DNA of 64,000 bases. Origin: Vulcanimicrobiota bacterium. Its GTDB lineage: Bacteria; Vulcanimicrobiota; Vulcanimicrobiia; Vulcanimicrobiales; Vulcanimicrobiaceae. How positions within the stretch are numbered: position 1 is the stretch's first letter; each line of letters begins with the position of its first letter. Location of the stretch: positions 288,001 through 352,000 of the forward strand of contig CAWETW010000002.1 in assembly GCA_963812155.1 (NCBI GenBank). The letters run 5' to 3'. The notes under the pieces are model-generated. The model was not told where the DNA came from and did no database searches. It worked only from the letters and a program-made list of their open reading frames with translations. Shown piece after piece: positions 17,734 through 30,493 of this stretch. The translations under genes and the position numbers were made by a program.

Positions 17734-18872
17734 GAAAGACGTTCGCTGGCGGCTGCGACGCCGCTGCCGGGAACGATGCGCGCGCCCAATTCGGCGAGCG
17801 CGAGCTCGATCGCCCCGATCGCGCCAAGGAGATCGCCTTCGCGCACGTCGCCCATCGTTCCGAAGCGAATGATTTTTCCGGAGAACGCGCCTTGGCCGCC
17901 GGCGAGTACCACGCCGTAGCGATCGTGAAGATGCTTTAGCAGCGCGGCAGGCGCCACGCCTTCGGGCGGATAGGCCGCCACGACGGTAACGGAGTGAGCG
18001 CCGGGACGCGAAAGGATCGTAAACCCGAGCGATTCCAAAGCCGCGCGCACCGCGGCCGCGTACCGTTCGTAGCGCGCCCACGCCGCTTCCATGCCGCCGG
18101 CATGGTAGCGCTCGAGCGCGACGTCGAGGGCCGCGAGGATCGGTATCGGCGGGGTCCACGGCGTTTCTCCGTTACGCATCGAATCGCGTGCGCGACGGAG
18201 GTCGAAGTAGAAGCGCGGAATCCGTGCGCGTTCCATTGCATTCCACGCGCGTTCGCTCGCCGCGACCATCGCGACCCCGGGCGGCGCGGCGAATGCCTTT
18301 TGTGATGCGGTCACGACGACGTCGTAGCCCCAATCGTCCATGCGAAACTCGGCGGCGCCTAAGCCGCTGATCGAATCCACCAGCGTGAGCGCGCCGTGCC
18401 GCCGCACGATCGGCGCCAGCGCCGCCATGTCGTTTTGAACGCCGGTCGACGTTTCGTTGTGGGTGAGCAGAATGCCGGAGATTTTGCGCTCGCGATCGGC
18501 CTCGAGGCGCGCGGCCAGCGCATCCGGCTGGAGTGCCGCACCCGGTTCGACGTCGAGCGATTCGACTTCGCAGCCGTACGTGCGCGCGATCGTGGCGAAG
18601 CGTTCGCCGAACGCGCCGAGCGAACACGAGAGTAACCGGTCGCCGGGAGAGAAGCAGTTTGCCACCGCCGCGTCGAGGCCGCCCGTGCCTGACGAACCCA
18701 ACACCAGGACGCCGCCGGCCGTACCGAATGCCGGCTGCATCGCGCCCACCACGCGTTCGAGTAACTCGCCGAAGGCGGCGTCGCGATGGTTGAACAGCGG
18801 ACGTGCCATCGCTTCGAGTACGGGCTGTGAAACCGTCACCGGACCGGGGAGAAGCAGCAGCGACCTCTTCAT
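17688..18872 (-). CDS. Class V PLP aminotransferase (alanine--glyoxylate/serine--pyruvate family)
   Basis: LLPGPV, SGTGG, THNETSTGVQN, VDSISGLG, TASQKAFAAPPG, FYFDL, RFGTMG. Confidence 0.92.
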   Translation of the reverse strand: MKRSLLLLPGPVTVSQPVLEAMARPLFNHRDAAFGELLERVVGAMQPAFGTAGGVLVLGSSGTGGLDAAVANCFSPGDRLLSCSLGAFGERFATIARTYGCEVESLDVEPGAALQPDALAARLEADRERKISGILLTHNETSTGVQNDMAALAPIVRRHGALTLVDSISGLGAAEFRMDDWGYDVVVTASQKAFAAPPGVAMVAASERAWNAMERARIPRFYFDLRRARDSMRNGETPWTPPIPILAALDVALERYHAGGMEAAWARYERYAAAVRAALESLGFTILSRPGAHSVTVVAAYPPEGVAPAALLKHLHDRYGVVLAGGQGAFSGKIIRFGTMGDVREGDLLGAIGAIELALAELGARIVPGSGVAAASERLSSFDSARTAFALRSG

Positions 18873-19048
18873 GGGCACCCCTTCGATTGCACCCCGGACG
18901 CATCCGCCCGAAGCGCTACGGTCGCTTCAGGCCGGGCCCGCTCGTAGCCTCGCGACGCTGTTCCTACAACCGGCCGCATGGTATAATTCTCGACGCAAAG
19001 CGCCGGCGTTGGAACGCGCCGTGACCTTGTGGGCGAGGTACAGCGGCT

Positions 19049-19675
19049 ATGATTCAAGACAATCCTAACGAGATGCAAAGCTCACTCGATATATGGACGA
19101 AGATCTTCGCCATCACTCGAGATGTGGTGTTCATTGCTGCAATCTATCTTTATTTCACCGGCGTCAACTACCGCTATAGCTATTACGATCACTTTGGGTT
19201 AAGGAATCTGATTTCGGATCCGACGCCGTTCAGCGCATTCGTCCTCTCATACGGTGTGATCGCGTCGCATTGGATGGTTATCGCTGCAGTAGCGATTCTC
19301 TTTTTGGCGGTTCTCGCTGCGGCAAGAGGCAATGCGCCTCGCGTTCAGCGGCGAGTGTCCGGCATCATTGCGATAGCAACCGCCCTCGCATTGTTCCCTA
19401 TACTAAACGTGTACGCTTCGCAAAAAGCCGATGCCGATGCGTCTCGCGACGAAATAGCAGCTTCCAACGGCAAAGATACACGGCTTACCATCGCTGCGGG
19501 TGCGAGTGCCAAATACAGCCAGTTTTTTCTAAATGCAGCCGCGGGTTACGACGTCCACATCCTGACGCGTGACGACAAGAATACCTACGTTTTATGGCAA
19601 ACGGACCCAAGCCGTGGGGAGGTTTATGCGATTCCGAACAACGCAATCATGTACGGGGAAACGGTCGAACACTGA
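19049..19675 (+). CDS. Hypothetical membrane protein (3-4 TM), lower GC
   Basis: Hydrophobic N-terminal half; AT-richer codon usage; TGGTATAAT upstream at about 18979-18988. Confidence 0.7.
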   Translation: MIQDNPNEMQSSLDIWTKIFAITRDVVFIAAIYLYFTGVNYRYSYYDHFGLRNLISDPTPFSAFVLSYGVIASHWMVIAAVAILFLAVLAAARGNAPRVQRRVSGIIAIATALALFPILNVYASQKADADASRDEIAASNGKDTRLTIAAGASAKYSQFFLNAAAGYDVHILTRDDKNTYVLWQTDPSRGEVYAIPNNAIMYGETVEH

Positions 19676-19676
19676 C

Positions 19677-19961
19677 GTGAGACTGTGCCGGAACCTCCTT
19701 ATCGTTCTCGTCGCGTTTGCGGCAATCGCGATCCCGGCACTTGGAGTGTGTTCGAGCCCACAACTCTACGTCGTCCAAACGGCGAAAGGCCCGCTTTTCG
19801 GCTACGAGAACGATGGATATTTCGTGCCGTGCCCCGGAAGCGGATCGCGAATACTGCTAACCGACGCCATGTTTAAGCAGCAGAAACCCTCACCCGTCCC
19901 GGGAAACTGCACTACCCCGTCGCCGCCGCCGACCCCGCACTCACCGGCGGACGTCCGATAG
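19677..19961 (+). CDS. Small secreted Cys/Pro-rich hypothetical protein
   Basis: GTG 2 nt after the previous stop; signal-peptide-like N-terminus; stop abuts the next ATG. Confidence 0.55.
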   Translation: MRLCRNLLIVLVAFAAIAIPALGVCSSPQLYVVQTAKGPLFGYENDGYFVPCPGSGSRILLTDAMFKQQKPSPVPGNCTTPSPPPTPHSPADVR

Positions 19962-21356
19962 ATGAGGCGCCTCCTACACAGTGGAATCGCCGTCGTTGCT
20001 TTAGCGCTCCTTGCCTCTTGTTTTAGCAATGCGGAGCCGGCCGGCGGCGTTGAGCCGAGCTTGGCTGGGCACGTTCAATCCGCGATGCCCTCGCGCGATG
20101 CCGTTCACAAGGGAACGGCCACTATTAACCACATCGTGGTCATCGTCCAAGAAAACCGGACCTTCGACAATCTCTTCGCGACGTTCCCCAAAGCCAACGG
20201 CACGACGCAAGGCACGATGCATACCGGCCAAGTGATTCCATTGACGAAGGGGCCGCTCGTATCGGAGGACATCAACCACAACTACGATACGTATTTGACC
20301 GACTGCGATTTGCAAGGCGGCAAATGCAAGATGGATGGTTTTGATCTGTCATACATTGATGGGCAGCGCATCAAGGCTAATAAATATCCCTACCGCTACG
20401 TCGACCCGTCCCAAATTACGCCGTATTGGACGCTGGCGCAGCAGTACGTGCTCGCCGACAATTTCTTTCAAACCCAAGGCAGCGGGAGTTTCATCGCGCA
20501 TCAGGATCTCATAGCCGGCGGTACCGCAATCAATTCGACCGAGAGTCTCGCCGACGATCCTTCCGGCCCACCGTGGGGCTGCAACGCACCGCCCAGCGTC
20601 GTAACGTCGCTCATTACTATTCAGGGACAATTCTTAAAGAATCAAGGGCCGTCCCCGTGCCTGACGTATCCGACCGGCACGCTGCGCGATCTGCTCGACA
20701 AACATCACGTCACGTGGAAATATTATACGCCGCCGTATCAGAAAAATACGATCGGCGTAATGTGGAGTGCATTCGCTGCGATCGACGCCGTTTACAACGG
20801 CCCCGAGTGGAAAACGAACATTTCAATGCCGGAGACAAATGTGCTCACTGACGTCACGAGCGGGAAGCTGCCGATGCTGTCGTGGGTGATTCCCAGTTCG
20901 CACGATTCCGATCATCCGTGGTCGGCGCACGGCGCCGACAATGGCCCCTCGTGGGTTGCATCCGTCGTCAACACAATCGGGCAAAGCAAATACTGGGACT
21001 CGACAGCCATCATCATCCTATGGGACGATTGGGGCGGATTTTACGATCACGTTCCGCCCGCGTTTTTCGACGACGCCGGCGGCCTCGGTTTTCGAGTTCC
21101 AGTGTTGATCGTTTCACCATACGTCAAGGCCGGCAGCATCGCGCACACGCAGTACGAGTTCGGCAGTATTCTTAAATTTATCGAAGGACGCTTCAATCTC
21201 GGTTCCCTGGGCACGACCGATAAGCGCGCCGTTTCCATCGGTGGCATCTTCAACCTCAACCAGAAGCCGATTCCATTCCAGCCGATTCCCTCGGCCCATT
21301 CGCGCGAGTACTTCTTGCACCAGCCTCCCGACTACGAACCGGTCGACACCGAGTAG
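19962..21356 (+). CDS. Phosphoesterase family (phospholipase C/acid phosphatase-like), secreted or lipoprotein
   Basis: INHIVVIVQENRTFDNLF, MDGF, YVLADNFF, SDHP, WDDWGGFYDHVPP, GFRVP..SPY. Confidence 0.92.
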   Translation: MRRLLHSGIAVVALALLASCFSNAEPAGGVEPSLAGHVQSAMPSRDAVHKGTATINHIVVIVQENRTFDNLFATFPKANGTTQGTMHTGQVIPLTKGPLVSEDINHNYDTYLTDCDLQGGKCKMDGFDLSYIDGQRIKANKYPYRYVDPSQITPYWTLAQQYVLADNFFQTQGSGSFIAHQDLIAGGTAINSTESLADDPSGPPWGCNAPPSVVTSLITIQGQFLKNQGPSPCLTYPTGTLRDLLDKHHVTWKYYTPPYQKNTIGVMWSAFAAIDAVYNGPEWKTNISMPETNVLTDVTSGKLPMLSWVIPSSHDSDHPWSAHGADNGPSWVASVVNTIGQSKYWDSTAIIILWDDWGGFYDHVPPAFFDDAGGLGFRVPVLIVSPYVKAGSIAHTQYEFGSILKFIEGRFNLGSLGTTDKRAVSIGGIFNLNQKPIPFQPIPSAHSREYFLHQPPDYEPVDTE

Positions 21357-21433
21357 GCGACACGAGCGCTCAGCAACCGGTAATCAGGGGATCGTTGCGT
21401 GGTCTGAGCGATTGTGCACTTCCAGAGTCTGGT

Positions 21434-23902
<2,469 letters not shown>

Positions 23903-23907
23903 GGTCG

Positions 23908-24297
23908 TTAGACGTGGGTCCTCTTTACGAGTATGTGAAGTTCGGTGCGAGATGGACGGCGATAAGCGGTGACCGCGATCGGCAGCGCGACGATGAGCAG
24001 GCCGTCGATGTAGTCGGCGGCAGCGCCCTCGTATTCCACTGCAACCGGGAGCGCGATGCGACGGGCAAAATCGCCCGACGCAATCTCCTTTTGCACGAAC
24101 GAGCCGTGGCGTAAACGCACCGCCTCGCGCCGCCGGCCCCGGACGTAGAGGTACTGCTCGTCGAAACCGACGCGCAGCGACTCCGGGTCGGCGCCGGCGA
24201 CGTCGACCACGGCCACCACCTGGCGGCCATCGTCGTCGACGAAGACGTCGGCGTTGGGCTCGAACGCTCCGAGCCGCCCTCGCAAAAGAAACTCCAT
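23908..24297 (-). CDS. Hsp20/alpha-crystallin small heat-shock protein
   Basis: PNADV, VDVAG, LYVRGRR, EIASGDFARRIALP, A.YIDGLL.V.LP. Confidence 0.88.
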   Translation of the reverse strand: MEFLLRGRLGAFEPNADVFVDDDGRQVVAVVDVAGADPESLRVGFDEQYLYVRGRRREAVRLRHGSFVQKEIASGDFARRIALPVAVEYEGAAADYIDGLLIVALPIAVTAYRRPSRTELHILVKRTHV

Positions 24298-24318
24298 TCT
24301 CTGCCTAGACCCCTGATT

Positions 24319-24345
24319 TTAGCACTCGGATGCGACGGGTGCTAG
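24319..24345. promoter_or_regulatory. CIRCE element (HrcA operator) upstream of hsp20-lon
   Basis: TTAGCACTC-ggatgcgac-GGGTGCTAG versus consensus TTAGCACTC-N9-GAGTGCTAA. Confidence 0.85.
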
Positions 24346-24364
24346 AGGACCTCGAATAGTGCCC

Positions 24365-24890
24365 CTACATGCTTGGGTCGGGGAGCGGCCGGCCAGGCGG
24401 CCAAGCGACGCACGGAACGATCTGAAATTCTCAGCGTACTGAGCATCGTGGGCGGTATCTGTACCTGAAAGAACTGCTGGTACTTAGTCGCCACGCCGTG
24501 ATTCATTTGCGGCGGAAACTTCGAGACGTTCTGGCCCGGAATGTGGGTGAACGACAGCACCTGATTGATTTGCTCGGCCGCCGCCGACGACATGTAGGGC
24601 GCCGCCCGCTGGCCGAGCCACGACGAACCGTCGCCGAGCGTGTACAGATAACCGATCGTCTCACGGGGCATCAGCGACGCCGTCGACTCGATTTTGTCGA
24701 TGCGAACGACCTGCATGTTCCGGATGACCGGAGGCTGGAGCACGTGCGGCACCGGACGCGGCGAATCGAGACACGCACCGGTATCCAGGGGTTGCTGCAT
24801 CGGCGGAACAACCGGAGCCATGGGCATCGCGGTTTGGACCGGCTGCACCTGCGCGATCGTGAGGGCTGAGAGAACGATGGCTTCAAGCAT
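24365..24890 (-). CDS. Secreted hypothetical protein with a probable 1-nt frameshift near 24425
   Basis: Signal-like N-terminus. Removing one T from a TTT run gives the C-terminus QIVPCVAWPPGRPLPDPSM* ending at 24365 and clears the overlap with the CIRCE. Confidence 0.55.
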
Positions 24891-25425
24891 GTCTGGGGTT
24901 ATTCGCAACGCGCCGCTGCAACTCCGCGTTGCGGCCTCGCTTTTTGCGGCGCTCGCCGTCGCACCGTCGTGCGCCGGCGCTGCGACGATTTTGCCGAACG
25001 GAACGTACGTCTACGAAATCGCCGAGAACGGCAAAGGCGAAGCGACGAGCACGGTCGTGGTCACGCGCACTCCCGGCGAGATCGTCGTCACCGAGCATTC
25101 GTCGCCGATGGAGGCCGGCGAAATCACTCGGCGCAGCTACGACGCCGCCACGCTTGCGGCGCTCACGTTTGACAACGCGGTCGGCGGCCACGCCTATACG
25201 ACGGTCAACGTCGACGGCACGACTGCGGTGCTGGTACAGGGCGGCCGAAAGACGACGCTTACCGCGCCGGCGGGCGACGCCCGGATCCAGGTGAGACTCG
25301 ACGAGAAGCCGGCGACGCTGTGGTACGATCCCGTGAGTTACGTGCTCGACGAGTTCGACGTTCCCGCGCAGCGGATGTCGTTCGTCCTCGCCAAGCGCAG
25401 CGACGCCGTCACATCACTGCCGTAA
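24889..25425 (+). CDS. Secreted beta-rich hypothetical protein (start uncertain)
   Basis: Signal-peptide-like segment, then GTYVYEI..., ATLWYDP; lies directly upstream of the permease. Confidence 0.6.
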   Translation: MSGVIRNAPLQLRVAASLFAALAVAPSCAGAATILPNGTYVYEIAENGKGEATSTVVVTRTPGEIVVTEHSSPMEAGEITRRSYDAATLAALTFDNAVGGHAYTTVNVDGTTAVLVQGGRKTTLTAPAGDARIQVRLDEKPATLWYDPVSYVLDEFDVPAQRMSFVLAKRSDAVTSLP

Positions 25426-25438
25426 GGAAATCGAAGGA

Positions 25439-26779
25439 TTGTCCACGCTGCTACGACGACTCGGAGTACGCGATGCCGCCCTCATCGTGATGGGAGGGAT
25501 CGTAGGCTCGGGCATTTTCATGAACCCGTCGGTGGTGGCCGCCTTCATTCCGTCGGCGCCGCTGATCATGGGCGTCTGGATTGCAGGCGGTGCGATCGCC
25601 CTGCTCGGCGGCGGCGTCTTTGCCGAACTCGCGTCGCGGCGGCCGAACGACGGCGGACTCTATGCGTACATGCGCGAGGCATTTCATCCGTCGCTGGCGT
25701 TCATGTACGGATGGACGTTGCTGCTCGTTTCTCAAAGCGGCGGAATGGCCGCCGCTGCGGTCACGTTCTCGAACTACTTCGAACCGCTGACGGGACTCCA
25801 CATTTCGACGAAAGGACTCGGCGTCGTCGCGATCGCGGCGTTCACGTTCGTCAACGCGCTCGGAGTTCGCGCCGGAGCCTCGGCACAGAACGCCTTCATG
25901 CTCGTGAAGATTGCGGCGATCGGCGGCTTCGTGGCGGTGGGATTGTTCGCACCGCACGCCGCAGCCGCCGCGCCGGCGCCTGCGGTTACGGGCAGCGCGA
26001 CGCTTGCGGCGATGGGCTTGGCAATGGTGCCGGTGCTCTTCGCGTATAGCGGCTGGCAGACGGCATCGTTCATGTCGGCCGAACTGAAGGACCCCGCGAG
26101 AACGCTGGCACGCGGACTGCTCATCGGCGTCCTCAGCGTCGTCGTACTCTATCTCGCGGTCAACGCCGTGTGCCTGCGCGTGCTCGGCGCCAACGGTTTA
26201 GCAGCGACGACGACGCCCGCATCGGCGGTTGCGCACCTCGCGTTCGGTCAGCCCGGCGAGCGGGTGATGGCGGCGATCGTCGCGATTTCCACGCTCGGCT
26301 TTCTCAGCAATCAAATCCTGACGTCGCCGCGCGTCTATTTTCAAATGGCCGCCGACAAAACGTTCTTCAAGCAACTCGCGTGGATCGATCCGCGCACGCA
26401 CGTTCCGGTGCTGGCCATTCTGCTGCAAGGCTGCGTTGCCGGAGTCATTACGCTTTCCGGACGCTACGATCAAATTCTGAACTACGTCACGAGCGTGGAT
26501 TACGTATTCTTCGGTTTGGCCGCGATCGCACTCATCGTTTTTCGGAACCGCGACCGCCACGATCCGCATGCGTCACAGCCCGCCTACCGCATGCCCGGCC
26601 ATCCCTGGACGACGTGCCTCTTTCTCGTGGCCGCATGGACGATCGTCGCTGACGTGCTCGTGAAATCGCCCGTTGCGACGTCGATCGGTCTGGGGATTCT
26701 GCTCAGCGGTCTGCCGGCCTACGCCCTTTTTACGGCGTGGCATCGCCGCCGCGCGCCGGCCGCAACGGAGGCGCCGTAG
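25439..26779 (+). CDS. APC-family amino acid permease
   Basis: LLRRLG, GGIVGSGIF, FAELASRRP..GG.YAY, FAYSGW, ELKDP; about 12 TM segments. Confidence 0.93.
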   Translation: MSTLLRRLGVRDAALIVMGGIVGSGIFMNPSVVAAFIPSAPLIMGVWIAGGAIALLGGGVFAELASRRPNDGGLYAYMREAFHPSLAFMYGWTLLLVSQSGGMAAAAVTFSNYFEPLTGLHISTKGLGVVAIAAFTFVNALGVRAGASAQNAFMLVKIAAIGGFVAVGLFAPHAAAAAPAPAVTGSATLAAMGLAMVPVLFAYSGWQTASFMSAELKDPARTLARGLLIGVLSVVVLYLAVNAVCLRVLGANGLAATTTPASAVAHLAFGQPGERVMAAIVAISTLGFLSNQILTSPRVYFQMAADKTFFKQLAWIDPRTHVPVLAILLQGCVAGVITLSGRYDQILNYVTSVDYVFFGLAAIALIVFRNRDRHDPHASQPAYRMPGHPWTTCLFLVAAWTIVADVLVKSPVATSIGLGILLSGLPAYALFTAWHRRRAPAATEAP

Positions 26780-26781
26780 CA

Positions 26782-28590
26782 GTGCGGTTCCTGCGAATCG
26801 CCGTCGTCACGCTGATCGCGGCGTATGAAATTGCCGCCTTCGTGACGACGATGGCGACCTTCAGCCAGCCCGTTGGAGAGTACGGCTATACGGTCGGGCT
26901 CGACGGCACGACCGTCGCCTCGGTCGAGCCGGGACTCCCGGCTGCCAACGCCGGAATTCAGGTCGGCGACCAGATTCCGTTCGCGACGCTCTCGGTGCTC
27001 GGGCGTCTCAACTCGCTTCAAGGTCAACTCGTTAAGCCGAATACGGCAATTCGCATGACCGTCGTGCACGACGGGCAACCGCGCTCGCTCGCGATGCGCT
27101 CGGCCGCGCTGCCGTCGACCTACGCGCTGACGAACCTCGCCTACGCCATTGCCGGGCTGGCGCTCGGGATCGTGAGTTTGGTGCTGGTGATGCTGCGGCC
27201 CAGCCGCATGACGTGGGGCTTTGCGCTGATCGCGCTGCCCGTGTTGCTGCCCGACGTTCTCATCGAATTCGAACACCAAGCGGCGGCCGTTCCGGCGCTG
27301 GCAGCCGACGTCTTTGGGTCGCTGCTGGCCGCGCTGCAGTTCTCGGGCATCATGATTTTTGCCAGCCGTTTTCCGAGCGACGACCCTCGCGGCCTCAATC
27401 GGGTGATCGACCGCCTCGCCGTGCCGTTCGGCGTTGCCGCGGCGGCGATCTATCTCTACGTGACCTTCGCCATCTTTTTCGGCAGCGCGCCGCCGCCGAT
27501 TTGGATGATGCTCACGCAGGATTACATCGCACCGACGCTGCCGAGTATCGCCGGCGTGGTCGCGCTCGTCACGACCTTCGTCATCAGCAGCCGCAGCCTG
27601 CGCAGCCGGCTGACGCCCGCGCTGGTGGCGTTCGTTCTCACGATCGTCACCGATGCATTGGCGCAGTACGTATCGATCGCGACGAGCAATGCCCGCGTCA
27701 TTCTCTTCGCGTATTTCGCGTTTCCGGTCGCGGTGATACTCTTGGCCTGCTCCGTCGCCTACGCCGTCGTCAGGCATCGCGTCATCGATGTGAGCTTCAT
27801 CGTGGGGCGTACGGTCGTCTATAGCATTCTCACGATTTTCGCGGTGAGCATCTTCACGCTGATCGAGTTCTTCGCCGGCAAACTTCTCGAACGCAACGGA
27901 TTGGCGATCGTGCTCGAGATCGTCGCCGCGCTCGCCCTCGGCCTGTCGCTCAACGCGCTGCACAACCGCCTCGACAAGGTCGTCGATCGCGTGCTCTTTC
28001 GCCGCCGCCACGTCGCCGAGGCGCGTCTGAAACGAATGGCGCTCACGCTGCCGCACGCCGTCTCGACCGAGACAGTCGCCGACATGCTCGTCGAGGAGCC
28101 TGCCGATGCGCTCGATCTGGCCTCCGCCGCCGTTTTCGTGCTGACCGAAGACGAACTCCGTTACGCGCGCGTCCGCGCCGAAGGCTGGAGCTCTGCCGAC
28201 GCGTTGGAATTCGATCTGGACGATCACCTCGTCGTGCGGCTGCGCGCCGAGTTGCGAGCGGTGCACCTGAACGATTTGCGCTGGCCGCGCACCGACGTGC
28301 CGACGGGGAACCGGCAGCCTACTTACGCCATTCCGGTCGCCGTCGGCAACCTGCTGGAAGCCATCGTACTCTACGGAGCGCATAGCGCCGGCGAGGATCT
28401 CGATCCCAACGAACGCCGCAGCCTGCGCGACCTCGCGCGCGGCGGCGCGCTTGCGTACGACCACCTGCGCGCGCAGGCGTTACGGAAGAGCCTCGACGAG
28501 GCCCGCGGCGAGAACGCGGCGCTGCGGCGCGTGGAGCAAACGCTCACGGCGCTGCTCGAGAAGCGCCTGAAAGAGACCGGCGGCGCCTAG
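26782..28590 (+). CDS. PDZ + multi-TM + GAF-like membrane sensor with no recognisable output domain
   Basis: PDZ signature VEPGLPAANAGIQVGD; about 8 TM segments; YAVVRHRVIDV..; GAF-like AIPV...LYGAH..GEDL; ends in a short coiled coil. Confidence 0.7.
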   Translation: MRFLRIAVVTLIAAYEIAAFVTTMATFSQPVGEYGYTVGLDGTTVASVEPGLPAANAGIQVGDQIPFATLSVLGRLNSLQGQLVKPNTAIRMTVVHDGQPRSLAMRSAALPSTYALTNLAYAIAGLALGIVSLVLVMLRPSRMTWGFALIALPVLLPDVLIEFEHQAAAVPALAADVFGSLLAALQFSGIMIFASRFPSDDPRGLNRVIDRLAVPFGVAAAAIYLYVTFAIFFGSAPPPIWMMLTQDYIAPTLPSIAGVVALVTTFVISSRSLRSRLTPALVAFVLTIVTDALAQYVSIATSNARVILFAYFAFPVAVILLACSVAYAVVRHRVIDVSFIVGRTVVYSILTIFAVSIFTLIEFFAGKLLERNGLAIVLEIVAALALGLSLNALHNRLDKVVDRVLFRRRHVAEARLKRMALTLPHAVSTETVADMLVEEPADALDLASAAVFVLTEDELRYARVRAEGWSSADALEFDLDDHLVVRLRAELRAVHLNDLRWPRTDVPTGNRQPTYAIPVAVGNLLEAIVLYGAHSAGEDLDPNERRSLRDLARGGALAYDHLRAQALRKSLDEARGENAALRRVEQTLTALLEKRLKETGGA

Positions 28591-30062
28591 CGAGTCACCG
28601 CGCGGTGATGGAGTCTCCCGAACGGCACGTAATGCCGCATGGGAATCTCTGCTTCGGCCGCGTGACGTAAGCCGAAGACGGCGACGAGCGTCGCGACGCC
28701 AAGTGCCACCGAAACCCAAAAGGCCGCATGCAACCCACCGGCGAGCGCTGTATTGGGCGACGCTCCGGCCTGCAGCAGCGCGCTCGTTCGCAGTTGCTGC
28801 GCCGCCGCTCCGAACGCGACGCCGAAGCCGATGCCGAGTTGAAGTGCAAAACTCAACGCCGCCGACGCGCTGCCCTCGTCGACGTCGTCGACGTGCGCGA
28901 GCCCGGCGATCATGCCGCTTTGATACGCGAGCATGCCGCCGAAGCCGCCGATGCACGTAGCCGGGAAGATCGCGGCCCAATATGAGGACGACGGCTCCAT
29001 GAAGAGCAGAATCGTTTCACCGGCGATCATCACCACGCTGGCGACGATTCCCATCGTCCGGACGCCGATGGCGCGCGCGAAACGCATCGTCAGCGGCGCC
29101 GCTATGAACGAGATGATCAACGCCGACGGCAGGAACGCGAGGCCCGCAAGCAAGGGCGAGTAACCGGAGACGCGCTGCACGTAGACCGAGGCAAAGACCA
29201 TGACGCCGGCTTCTGACATCGGCTGCAGCAAGACGACGCTCGCGCCGGCAAGCAGATCGGGATAGCGCAGCAAGGCGGGCGAGAGAATGGGAACGACGGC
29301 GCGCCGCTCGACCACCGCGAGCAGCGCGAGCACGACGACGGTGATCGCCAAGCCGGCGAACGTCGCCGGTGATAAAAAGCCGCGGTCCGGGATAGATTCT
29401 ATCGTGTAGACGAACGTCACGAGCGCCGTCGTCAGCAGCAACGCGCCCGCGACGTCCAGTTTGTGTCGCACCGCCGCGCCGCGGTCGTGCGTGAGAACGA
29501 ACGGCGCGACCGCGAGGACGATCGCAGCAAAAGGCACGTTGACGTAGAGCACGGAGCGCCAGCCGAGATACTGCACGAGCACGCCGCCGAAGAGCATCCC
29601 GGCAGCGATGCCCGCGCTTCCGATCGTCCCCCACAGCGCCACGGCCCGCGAACGCTCCGGACCGGCGGGAAACATCGAGAGCACGATTGCCAGCGCCGCC
29701 GGATTGACGAGCGCCGCCCCCAACCCCTGCAGAGCCCGCATCGTAATCAGAAACGTGCCGTCGCGTGCCAGGCCGCCGAGAAACGACGCGACCGTAAAGA
29801 GCACCAGACCCGCGATGAAGAAGCGGTAACGGCCGTAGAGATCGGCGCAGCGCCCCGTGAGCATGAGAAATCCGGCGAGAAAAATCGCGTACGTACTCAC
29901 GATCCACTGCCCTTGGACGGCGCTCATATGCAGTTCGGTTTCCATCGAGGGCAAGGCGATCGAGACGATCGAGAAGTCGACGAGCAGCATAAAAAAGGTC
30001 GCGCTCAGCAGCGTGAACGCGACCCAATTCCGCGTACCGGCCGACGTCGGTGCGACCGTCAA
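28587..30062 (-). CDS. MFS transporter, DHA2 (14-TM) type
   Basis: DFSIVSIALPS, QWIVSTY, GRCADLYGR, RALQGLGAA, WRSVLYVNVP, LDVAGA. Confidence 0.92.
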   Translation of the reverse strand: MTVAPTSAGTRNWVAFTLLSATFFMLLVDFSIVSIALPSMETELHMSAVQGQWIVSTYAIFLAGFLMLTGRCADLYGRYRFFIAGLVLFTVASFLGGLARDGTFLITMRALQGLGAALVNPAALAIVLSMFPAGPERSRAVALWGTIGSAGIAAGMLFGGVLVQYLGWRSVLYVNVPFAAIVLAVAPFVLTHDRGAAVRHKLDVAGALLLTTALVTFVYTIESIPDRGFLSPATFAGLAITVVVLALLAVVERRAVVPILSPALLRYPDLLAGASVVLLQPMSEAGVMVFASVYVQRVSGYSPLLAGLAFLPSALIISFIAAPLTMRFARAIGVRTMGIVASVVMIAGETILLFMEPSSSYWAAIFPATCIGGFGGMLAYQSGMIAGLAHVDDVDEGSASAALSFALQLGIGFGVAFGAAAQQLRTSALLQAGASPNTALAGGLHAAFWVSVALGVATLVAVFGLRHAAEAEIPMRHYVPFGRLHHRAVTR

Positions 30063-30472
30063 GGTGACGATTTTACTTTGGCGAGAAAGCGGTACATGTG
30101 CCCCTTCTGCGTAGCGGTTCCGGAGATCTCTCCGTTGCTCGAGAGCGTGCCGCGTACCGTAAATCCGCTCATGCCTCCAACGTCGAGGTTGATGTTGCCG
30201 TGCTGCACGGTGCCGGTGACGTTGATGATCCGTCCGTAGAGCGGGTCGGGTCGGGTCGAGATCGCGCTGTACGTGCCGCTGATGATCCCGTGATTGAACG
30301 TAAGCTTCATGTCGCCGGCGTAGGGTACGCCGCCGTTCCACAGGGGATTGTATGCAGCGACGTAGGTCGCGCTCCACACCGGGCCGTGTCCGACGACCGC
30401 GAGCGCCCCCGCGACGGCCGCCGCACCGAGGGCGAGCGTGAGAAAACCCATCCGAGCGTAACGTGCGAGCAT
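30059..30472 (-). CDS. Secreted hypothetical protein
   Basis: Signal peptide followed by a Gly/Thr-rich beta-strand domain; AAGGAG SD. Confidence 0.7.
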   Translation of the reverse strand: MLARYARMGFLTLALGAAAVAGALAVVGHGPVWSATYVAAYNPLWNGGVPYAGDMKLTFNHGIISGTYSAISTRPDPLYGRIINVTGTVQHGNINLDVGGMSGFTVRGTLSSNGEISGTATQKGHMYRFLAKVKSSP

Positions 30473-30493
30473 CGTTTTCTCCTTCGAACCGGA

